35,634 bases of DNA from Spirochaetaceae bacterium. Its GTDB lineage: Bacteria > Spirochaetota > Spirochaetia > CADAEX01. Under the pieces are notes generated by a model that saw only the letters and a program-made list of their open reading frames with translations, did no database searches and was not told the DNA's origin. The DNA is taken from the NCBI GenBank assembly GCA_009783755.1, contig WRCW01000003.1, forward strand, positions 1 through 35,634, read 5' to 3'. Position numbers and translations under genes: made by a program. Of this stretch, positions 28,371 to 35,634 are shown piece after piece (the first letter of the stretch is position 1; each line of letters begins with the position of its first letter).

Positions 28371-29756
28371 ATGATGAGATCATTATATGCAGGCGTGTCA
28401 GGACTTCAGAATCATCAAACAAGAATGGATGTTGTTGGACATAACATTGCAAACGTAAATACAATTGGCTACAAAAAGAACAGAGTCAATTTTCAGGATA
28501 TGCTGGCACAAACACTTCAGGGAGCAGCAAGGCCTACAGAAGAACTTGGCGGTGTAAACCCTAAACAGGTTGGACTTGGAATGAGTGTTGCAGCAATAGA
28601 TACCATTCATACACAGGGAGCGCTTCAAAGTACCGGTGTTGCAACCGATGTTGCCATACAGGGAAGCGGTTTCTTTGTTTTAAGAAAAGGTGAACAGGAA
28701 TTTTATACACGCGCAGGCGCATTTGGTATTGATGAAAATGGAACTCTTGTAAATCCTTCAAATGGTTTAAGAGTACAAGGGTGGATGAACCAGGTAATAG
28801 ATGGAGTTGAGATATTGAATGTTTCTTCGGACCCAACTGATCTCGTAATACCTGTGGGCGGTAAAGATCCAGCTTTTGCAACAACAGAAGTTATGCTTGC
28901 ATGTAACCTGGATAAAAGATTATCTGAAGTTGCGCAAGGGGCAGGTATTGCAGAAACAATGCAGAATACCTGGACAATTGATAAAACAATTTATGACAGT
29001 TTTGGAAATAAACATATAATGAGCATTGATTTTACAAAAGTTACTGGCGAAGCAAACAGATGGAGAGCTCAGATTTCCATAGACAGAAATGCAGAAGAAG
29101 ATACTCAGACAAGTATCGGTATTGCGGAAAATAGCGAAGGAAATGCATTTATAGTTCAGTTTGGAAATGATGGTTTGTTATTATCTGCAGAAGATGAGCA
29201 GGGGAATGCTATTAATGTTGGGACACTTCAGATTCCAATTTCTTTTAATGTTCCTGAAACAACAATTCCAGAAGGTGAAGAATCTGTAAGACAGACTTTT
29301 AATCTTACACTTGGCGAAATAGGAAGCGCTACCAATACTATTACACAGTTTGCCGAAAAAAGCTCAACAAAAGCTTTTTGGCAGAATGGATATGCACTTG
29401 GTTATCTTGAGAATTTCAGAATCGATTCAAGCGGTATTATAACCGGTGTCTATTCAAATGGAACAAACAGGACAATCGGTCAGTTAGCTCTTTCAAATTT
29501 TGTTAACGCAGGTGGTCTTGAAAAAATTGGCGACACAATGTTTGCAAGAACAAATAACTCAGGATTTGCTGATATTGGAATTTCCGGAGTTGCGGGAAGA
29601 GGAACATTTATAGCAGGAACTCTTGAAATGAGTAATGTGGATCTTTCTGAGCAATTTACAGATATGATTGTTACACAGAGAGGTTTTCAGGCAAATTCAA
29701 AAACAATACAAACTGCAGATCAAATGCTGCAGGAGTTACTTACCCTTAAGAGGTAA
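28371..29756 (+). CDS. flgE: Flagellar hook protein FlgE
   Basis: Motifs NIANVNTIGYK, YTRAGAF and LEMSNVDLSEQFTDMIVTQRGFQAN. Confidence 0.98.
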   Translation: MMRSLYAGVSGLQNHQTRMDVVGHNIANVNTIGYKKNRVNFQDMLAQTLQGAARPTEELGGVNPKQVGLGMSVAAIDTIHTQGALQSTGVATDVAIQGSGFFVLRKGEQEFYTRAGAFGIDENGTLVNPSNGLRVQGWMNQVIDGVEILNVSSDPTDLVIPVGGKDPAFATTEVMLACNLDKRLSEVAQGAGIAETMQNTWTIDKTIYDSFGNKHIMSIDFTKVTGEANRWRAQISIDRNAEEDTQTSIGIAENSEGNAFIVQFGNDGLLLSAEDEQGNAINVGTLQIPISFNVPETTIPEGEESVRQTFNLTLGEIGSATNTITQFAEKSSTKAFWQNGYALGYLENFRIDSSGIITGVYSNGTNRTIGQLALSNFVNAGGLEKIGDTMFARTNNSGFADIGISGVAGRGTFIAGTLEMSNVDLSEQFTDMIVTQRGFQANSKTIQTADQMLQELLTLKR

Positions 29757-29776
29757 TAATAAAAAAGGTGTAGAAA

Positions 29777-29974
29777 GTGATTGATGTGACAAGACTTAAC
29801 GGCGAAAAATATTATCTTAATCCGCACCAAATTGAATGTATTGAATTAAATCCTGACACTACATTAGTAATGCTTTCAGGAAAAAAACTGGTAGTCAAAG
29901 AAGACTACCAGGATGTTTTTGATAAAATTGTAAAATATAGACAACTAATAGGTTGTTTTAAGAACGAGGAGTAA
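29777..29974 (+). CDS. flbD: Flagellar FlbD family protein
   Basis: MIDVTRLNG...YLNPHQIECIE..PDT is the FlbD/SwrD signature, located between flgE and motA. Confidence 0.93.
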   Translation: MIDVTRLNGEKYYLNPHQIECIELNPDTTLVMLSGKKLVVKEDYQDVFDKIVKYRQLIGCFKNEE

Positions 29975-29980
29975 TCGTTT

Positions 29981-30766
29981 ATGGATATAGGAACAATTGG
30001 TGGAATAGCCCTAGGCATGGTGATGATACTAGGCTCTATGTTTTTCAGCGGTGCTGCTTTTGGACTTTATATAGACCCAGGTTCTTTGCTGCTTGTTTTC
30101 GGAGGTTCTTTTGGCGCAGTTTTGGCAGGAACCCCTTTATCAAAAATGCTAAAAGTTGTTACATATGTCCGAATTGCTTGTACAATAATAAATTATGAAA
30201 AAGAAAAACTTATTTCAACTCTTGTTAGTTTTTCTGAACAGGCAAGACGGGAAGGACTTCTTGCTCTTGAAGACAGCCTTGATGAACTTGAAGATAAATT
30301 CCTTGCAAAAGGGTTAAGGCTTGTTGTTGATGGTACAGATCCTACGCTTATTAAAAGTATATTATTTAATGAACTTAATCAGATAGAAACCAGGCATGCA
30401 TCGGTTGCAAAGATATTCGGCGACTGGGAAAAAGCTGCTCCTGCTTTTGGAATGTTAGGAACAGTTCAGGGACTTATCGCGATGATGGCAAACTTGAATG
30501 ACCAATCTTCCGTAGGTAGAGGTATGGCTCTTTGTCTTATAACTACATTTTACGGAGCAATTTTCTCTTATTTGATTTTTTCCCCACTAAAAGCCAAGCT
30601 TGAAGATAAGCATATTGATGAAATGATGGTAAAAGAACTTATGGTAGAAGGAATTCTTTCCATCCAATCCGGTGACAACCCGAGAATGGTTGAAGAGAAA
30701 CTATTAGCATTTTTGTCTCCTGTTGAGAGAGAATCTATTAAAGCTGCATCAGCTTCTGGAGAATAA
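29981..30766 (+). CDS. motA: Flagellar stator protein MotA
   Basis: Motifs ARREGLLALE, GLRLVVDG, APAFGMLGT, TTFYG and EGILSIQSGDNPR. Confidence 0.96.
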   Translation: MDIGTIGGIALGMVMILGSMFFSGAAFGLYIDPGSLLLVFGGSFGAVLAGTPLSKMLKVVTYVRIACTIINYEKEKLISTLVSFSEQARREGLLALEDSLDELEDKFLAKGLRLVVDGTDPTLIKSILFNELNQIETRHASVAKIFGDWEKAAPAFGMLGTVQGLIAMMANLNDQSSVGRGMALCLITTFYGAIFSYLIFSPLKAKLEDKHIDEMMVKELMVEGILSIQSGDNPRMVEEKLLAFLSPVERESIKAASASGE

Positions 30767-30780
30767 GAGAGAAGATATTT

Positions 30781-31509
30781 ATGCCGATGAAAAAAAATAA
30801 AAAGTGTCCGGAAGGCCTTGCTACATGGTGGTCATCATATGCAGATATGATATCTCTTCTTCTTGTATTCTTCGTAATAATGTTTTCAACGGCCACCATT
30901 GACGGATCAGAATTAAAGCTGATCCTTTCTGCATTCCAGGGAGTCGGCACCATGCAGGGAGGAAATACCCTTGATTCAGAAGGAAAACTCGCTTCTCTTG
31001 GAAATAATATCATGTCAATGCCTTCGAGACAGTCAGGTAAAGCCTTAGACAGGGCAAGAAGACTCGCTGTTTCTGTTCTTCAGCCTGAAATAAGCAGTAA
31101 AATGGTTAGAGTAACGGAAGATGAACGGGGTGTAGTTATCTCTCTTGCCTCAGATGCTTTTTTTAGATCTGCCAGCGCTGAACTGAATATAGAGGAAGCA
31201 AGGCGGACAATACAGAATATTGCCAAACTTATAAAATCAGAGGAAATGAAAGGGAGAAAATTCAGAGTAGAAGGGCATACCGATAGTGTTCCAACAGATG
31301 AAAGCAGTCCCTGGAGAACAAACTGGGACCTCTCAACAGCCAGAGCGATCAATGTATTGTACTATCTTAAGGATTTCAATGTTGATGATAAATCAATGCA
31401 AATCGCTGGATTTTCAGATACTGTTCCTTTGGCTACGAATGATACAGAAGAAGGAAGAGCATATAACAGGAGGGTGGATATTATTATATTGAGCGATGCT
31501 CATTTATAA
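30781..31509 (+). CDS. motB: Flagellar stator protein MotB
   Basis: TM segment WWSSYADMISLLLVFF with the essential Asp, and an OmpA-like domain (VEGHTD, NWDLSTARA, NRRVDI). Confidence 0.96.
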   Translation: MPMKKNKKCPEGLATWWSSYADMISLLLVFFVIMFSTATIDGSELKLILSAFQGVGTMQGGNTLDSEGKLASLGNNIMSMPSRQSGKALDRARRLAVSVLQPEISSKMVRVTEDERGVVISLASDAFFRSASAELNIEEARRTIQNIAKLIKSEEMKGRKFRVEGHTDSVPTDESSPWRTNWDLSTARAINVLYYLKDFNVDDKSMQIAGFSDTVPLATNDTEEGRAYNRRVDIIILSDAHL

Positions 31510-31606
31510 TCAAAAACTTCGTCATAAAAAACGTTGTTGGTTCTGAGAGATAGAGAGGTTATATGCGAGTTTAATGATATTAAACCCGTATAATAGAATA
31601 AAGTAT

Positions 31607-31635
31607 TTGCAAATAATAGATATTTTTGATAAAAT
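31607..31635 (+). promoter_or_regulatory. Internal sigma70-type promoter upstream of fliL
   Basis: TTGCAA (31607-31612), 17-nt spacer, TAAAAT (31630-31635), with an extended -10 TG at 31627-31628, inside a 154-bp intergenic gap. Confidence 0.65.
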
Positions 31636-31663
31636 TCTATATTAATATATCAGGAGACAAAAG

Positions 31664-32230
31664 ATGTCTGACGATTATGATCTGGATCTTGAAAATTCCT
31701 CGGGAGCTTCTGCCGAAGAGGACATTGGGAAGAGAAAAATTGGTTTTCTTCCTGCAATAATTATTAAAATACTCAAATGGACGGCTATCATTCTTGCTGG
31801 TGTAGTTTTCATTGTTACAATTACTTTTTTTACTATAAAATTCATGAATCCTGTATCAAGCACTCCTGATTACTATTATGCTACCGAAGAATCAAGAAAT
31901 ACACTTCCCAATTTGCAGTGGTATGATATTGGAACAACTGAAATAAGAGGAAGAACTGCAGATACGGACAAACGGATAATGATCATTATTAAGGTATCTG
32001 TAGGATTTAATGCAAGATCAAAAGCATTACACCAGGAACTCATTGATAAAACACCTAAGTTAAGAGATGAAATAAGAGTTTTTTTTGGTGAAAAATATGA
32101 AAAAGATATTACACCAAGAAATGAATCTAAAGTTAAAGAAGAATTGAGAAGAAGGCTTAATATTATGTTAAGCGGCAATGACAGAATTCAGGATTTGATA
32201 TTTACTGATTTCAATTTAATTGAATTTTAA
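31664..32230 (+). CDS. fliL: Flagellar basal body-associated protein FliL
   Basis: Single TM helix and C-terminal LRDEIR...IQDLIFTDF. Located between motB and fliM, with RBS AGGAG. Confidence 0.88.
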   Translation: MSDDYDLDLENSSGASAEEDIGKRKIGFLPAIIIKILKWTAIILAGVVFIVTITFFTIKFMNPVSSTPDYYYATEESRNTLPNLQWYDIGTTEIRGRTADTDKRIMIIIKVSVGFNARSKALHQELIDKTPKLRDEIRVFFGEKYEKDITPRNESKVKEELRRRLNIMLSGNDRIQDLIFTDFNLIEF

Positions 32231-32257
32231 AAAAAGGGGCAGGTCGTCTGAAATAGT

Positions 32258-33292
32258 ATGACTGATATTTTATCACAAAACGAAATTGATCAGTTACTTA
32301 CTGCTTTCTCATCATCCGGTGATGTGGAATCTGAAGAAGTTTCCCATCATGTAAGTGATCAGCGAAAGATTAAAATATATGATTTCAAAAGACCCGATAA
32401 ATTTTCAAAAGAACAGATACGTACTGTCTCAATAATGCATGAAACTTTCGCACGTCTTACTACAACATCGCTTTCTGCACAACTTAGAAGCCTTATTCAT
32501 GTGCATGTTGCTTCTGTAGACCAGCTTACTTATGAGGAATTTATAAGATCAATTCCTAATCAGACAACAATTGCTGTAATAAATATGGATCCTTTAAAGG
32601 GATCTGCGATCCTGGAAATAGACCCTTCTGTAACTTTTTCAATAATCGAACGTCTTTTTGGCGGAAAGGGAGAAGGGACAAAAATAAGCAGAGAATTATC
32701 AGACATAGAGTCCTCGGTTATGGAAGGGGTAATAGTAAGAATTCTGGGGAACATGAGGGAAGCATGGAGCCAGGTTGTTGATTTAAGACCTCGTCTTGGC
32801 CAGATCGAAACAAATCCTCAATTTGCCCAGATCGTACCTCCTACAGAAATGGTTGTTCTTGTTACTCTTGAAACAAAAGTAGGCGAAGTAGAAGGGATGA
32901 TGAACTTCTGTATTCCTTATATTACTATAGAGCCCATAATCGGAAAACTTTCAGCGCAATATTGGTATTCTTCTGTAAGAAGAGGGACAACTGCTGAAAA
33001 CTTGAATATTTTAAGGGAAAGGCTTGCTTCTGTTGATGTTGATATCGTAGCTGAAATAGGAAAGATAAATATAACAGTAAGAGAGGCTTTAGCTCTTGCT
33101 GCAGGAGATGTAATAAGACTTCAGAATGTAAGAATAAATGATGATATGAAATTAAAGCTTGGTAATAAACCTAAATTTTTGTGCAAACCAGGATTAGTAG
33201 GAAATAAAGTAGCAGTACAAATTACAAAGAAAATAGAAGATTTTGGCAAAGAAGAGTTTGAAGAATTAACTGCAGAAGGAGATGAACTATGA
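32258..33292 (+). CDS. fliM: Flagellar motor switch protein FliM
   Basis: N-terminal LSQNEIDQLL, YDFKRPDKFSKEQ and a C-terminal SpoA domain. Confidence 0.98.
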   Translation: MTDILSQNEIDQLLTAFSSSGDVESEEVSHHVSDQRKIKIYDFKRPDKFSKEQIRTVSIMHETFARLTTTSLSAQLRSLIHVHVASVDQLTYEEFIRSIPNQTTIAVINMDPLKGSAILEIDPSVTFSIIERLFGGKGEGTKISRELSDIESSVMEGVIVRILGNMREAWSQVVDLRPRLGQIETNPQFAQIVPPTEMVVLVTLETKVGEVEGMMNFCIPYITIEPIIGKLSAQYWYSSVRRGTTAENLNILRERLASVDVDIVAEIGKINITVREALALAAGDVIRLQNVRINDDMKLKLGNKPKFLCKPGLVGNKVAVQITKKIEDFGKEEFEELTAEGDEL

Positions 33293-34389
33293 GTGACGGC
33301 GCATTGTCACAAGATGAAATTGATGCATTGATGAGCGGAAGTTCTACAGGTGGTTTTGGTTTTGATTCTGGTGCGTCAAGTAATGATGGTTTATCAGAAA
33401 ATGAAAAACAGTCATTTTTATCAATTGTAAATTCAATAATCGATACCCAATCAGCTACCCTTACAGGCATGATGGGAAAGACAGTTACTATATCCCCTCC
33501 ATCTATTGAAGTACTTCCTGGAGGGAATATATCTGCAGGATTTGATGGAAGTTATGTAAGAATACAGTCTTCGTTTACAGATGGTGTTCCTGGTTATCAT
33601 GCATATTTATTTACAGATGAAATTTCAAAGGTTATGGCAGGATTGCTTTCAGGTCTTGAAGAAGTAGAGCTTGATGAAGCTTCTCTTTCTGCTGTTAGTG
33701 AAGCTGTAAATACCATAAGCGGATCTGCAATGACAGTTTTTGGAGATAAAATAGGACAAACCATAATGTCTGAGCCTGCATCTGCGGAAGTTAAAGATAG
33801 CAGCGATTCTGATATACCTACAGGAGATTTGGTAAAGCTTAATTTCCCTATTACAATAGATGATAATCCTCCGGCTGTTTTTAATGAGCTATTTGATATT
33901 TCAGTTGTAAAGGAAATAACAGCAGCAGGTGGCGCTCCTAAAGAAGCACCAAGAATTCAACAATCAGCACCAAAAGCTTCCAGTCCCCAGGGCAGCGCAC
34001 AATCTGCAGACATGGGAATGGCTATGGGAATGGGTGCAGGGATAGGTGGCAATGCATCACCTCAGGGATATGTAAATATCCAAAATGTTCAATATCCATC
34101 TTTCCCATCTGCTATCTCATCTTCTGAGCAGGGTAATATAAGTCTTCTCATGGATGTTAACATGGAGATGACTGTAGAGCTTGGAAGAACAAAAAAGCCC
34201 ATACGCGAAATACTTAGTATGGGAGAAGGTACGATAATTGAGCTTGATAAACTGGCAGGAGAGCCTGTTGATATATTGGTAAACCATAAACTTATAGCAA
34301 ATGGTGAAGTTGTTGTAATAGATGAAAACTTTGGTGTGCGTGTAACCAAAATTGTTTCAAATCCAACAGGTGTGAATGATGTGACATAG
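33289..34389 (+). CDS. fliY: Flagellar motor switch protein FliY (CheC-like domain plus FliN domain)
   Basis: N-terminal LSQDEIDAL, CheC-like middle region (SAVSEAVN) and FliN C-terminus (TVELGRT, LDKLAGEPVDI, GEVVVIDENFGVR). Confidence 0.92.
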   Translation: MSDGALSQDEIDALMSGSSTGGFGFDSGASSNDGLSENEKQSFLSIVNSIIDTQSATLTGMMGKTVTISPPSIEVLPGGNISAGFDGSYVRIQSSFTDGVPGYHAYLFTDEISKVMAGLLSGLEEVELDEASLSAVSEAVNTISGSAMTVFGDKIGQTIMSEPASAEVKDSSDSDIPTGDLVKLNFPITIDDNPPAVFNELFDISVVKEITAAGGAPKEAPRIQQSAPKASSPQGSAQSADMGMAMGMGAGIGGNASPQGYVNIQNVQYPSFPSAISSSEQGNISLLMDVNMEMTVELGRTKKPIREILSMGEGTIIELDKLAGEPVDILVNHKLIANGEVVVIDENFGVRVTKIVSNPTGVNDVT

Positions 34390-34410
34390 AAAGTCATAAA
34401 TGGGGGGGGG

Positions 34411-35115
34411 ATGACTTTAAAAAAATATCTATCTTTTATTCGCAGACATAGCGAGAGTCGAGGACAATCGCAGCTTGCATATGATCAATTGAAAAGGCGA
34501 AAAAGAAGCTTAACACTTTTTATTTTTCTCACATATATAATTATAGTGTCTCCATTATCTGCACAGCAGACAAATAATCAGAATCAAACTCAGATTACTG
34601 AAGAAACAGAGTTAATAATAGCAGATGAAAATACACCTGCTCTTCCTCAAGACGATAATCAGATAAAAAGAAATTTAAATGCTTTTTCATTCTGGGATTT
34701 TATAAGAATGATTTTGATTCTTGTTTTTGTAATAGCCTGTATTTATGGCCTTTTCTTTATTCTTAGAAAAGCAGGATCGCAGAAATTTAAAGAAGATGAT
34801 TTAATAAATATTATTTCAAGCAAGTCTATTGCAACAGGTAAAACAATGCACATTGTCGAAGTAGGTAACCAGATAATGGTTATCGGAGCTGCTGATAATG
34901 CTATTTCAACTCTATTTGAAATAACAGATAAAGATACTATTGATAATATCAGGCTTCATAAAGAAAAAGCAAAAAAACCATCTGAAGGCAACTTTCAGCA
35001 GTATTTATATAATATGATTTTCAAGGGAAAAGGAGAAAAAAAGAGTAAAAGTTTTAATGAAACCTTTGCTTTTGATTATTTAAAAAAACAGAGAGGTCGC
35101 ATTAAAAAAATGTAG
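34411..35115 (+). CDS. fliO: Flagellar biosynthesis protein FliO/FliZ
   Basis: TM segment followed by MHIVEVGNQIMVIG..D..IS, the FliO domain, between fliY and fliP. The start is uncertain (ATG 34411 or TTG 34489). Confidence 0.82.
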   Translation: MTLKKYLSFIRRHSESRGQSQLAYDQLKRRKRSLTLFIFLTYIIIVSPLSAQQTNNQNQTQITEETELIIADENTPALPQDDNQIKRNLNAFSFWDFIRMILILVFVIACIYGLFFILRKAGSQKFKEDDLINIISSKSIATGKTMHIVEVGNQIMVIGAADNAISTLFEITDKDTIDNIRLHKEKAKKPSEGNFQQYLYNMIFKGKGEKKSKSFNETFAFDYLKKQRGRIKKM

Positions 35116-35193
35116 TTTAAAATAAAATTGGGTAGCAACTTTATCAAATACTATTTTTAGGACAGAAAGCTAGAATTTCTTATAGGGGGGGGA

Positions 35194-35634
35194 ATGAAAA
35201 AAAGGTATTTTCTGCTTTTTTCACTATTATTAATAATCACATTTCAGGGATTTGCCCAGCAGAATCAACCGCTGCAAAGACAAAGAAGCACTGGGGATCC
35301 TTTGACTATTCCATTCGTAGATATAACTGTCAGACAGCCTGAAGGTAATCGTGAAGTTGCATTCTCCATTCAGCTTCTTATTCTCCTTTCCATCATAACA
35401 TTATCTCCCTCTATTATTTTATTAATGACCTCTTTTTTAAGAATAGCAATTGTTTTTGATTTTATAAAAAGGGCGTTATCTTTACAGCAGATTCCTCCTA
35501 ACCAGGTTATTCTTGGAATTGCGCTATTTTTAACGTTATTTATAATGTGGCCTACATTTAATACGATCTACAATAACTCATTTAAACCTTTTGCAGCCGG
35601 AGATATGTCAACAGAAGAGATGTTTAGAGAAGCA
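35194..35634 (+). CDS. fliP: Flagellar export gate protein FliP, 3'-truncated by the window edge (not in the ORF track)
   Basis: Manual translation from ATG 35194 gives a signal peptide, then LSPSIILLMTSFLRIAIVFDFIKRALSLQQIPPNQVILGIALFLTLFIMWP. The frame is open to the end of the window. Confidence 0.96.
   Translation, partial: MKKRYFLLFSLLLIITFQGFAQQNQPLQRQRSTGDPLTIPFVDITVRQPEGNREVAFSIQLLILLSIITLSPSIILLMTSFLRIAIVFDFIKRALSLQQIPPNQVILGIALFLTLFIMWPTFNTIYNNSFKPFAAGDMSTEEMFREA

Noticed and set aside
31564-31590. Possible dif site in the motB-fliL spacer
   Set aside because: The central spacer between TAA and TTA is 5 nt rather than 6, and the right arm does not resemble TTATGTTAAAT.
753-34397. 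Numerous other 60-170 aa alternative-frame and antisense ORFs in the ORF track
   Set aside because: All overlap well-supported conserved genes and show shadow-frame composition with no domain signatures.

Overview
This is an AT-rich (roughly one-third GC by eye) chromosomal core region from a spirochete. The evidence is a FlbB collar gene, a FlgE carrying the K165/C178 lysinoalanine residues, and a Treponema/Borrelia-type gene order. From left to right it holds a 5'-truncated DUF4912-like gene, a GH57 alpha-glucan branching-type enzyme and one small minus-strand hypothetical gene. After these comes about 33 kb of uninterrupted plus-strand genes: a reduced dcw cluster (mraZ rsmH ftsL murF mraY ftsW ftsQ ftsA ftsZ), then xerD, a TPR lipoprotein, dprA, topA, xerC, hslV and hslU, then the flagellar cluster flgB flgC fliE fliF fliG fliH fliI fliJ flbB fliK flgD flgE flbD motA motB fliL fliM fliY fliO/fliZ fliP (3'-truncated). 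I found no rRNA, tRNA, CRISPR array or mobile element, and no convincing new multi-gene system. The most interesting signals are small and mostly non-coding: a structured three-way-junction element between ftsA and ftsZ, poly-G ribosome-binding regions (including an identical 18-mer before ftsZ and fliF), a hairpin with a candidate 26-aa uORF before fliH, sigma70 and sigma28 internal promoters, and substitutions in FliI and the stator. All folding and motif calls were made by eye.
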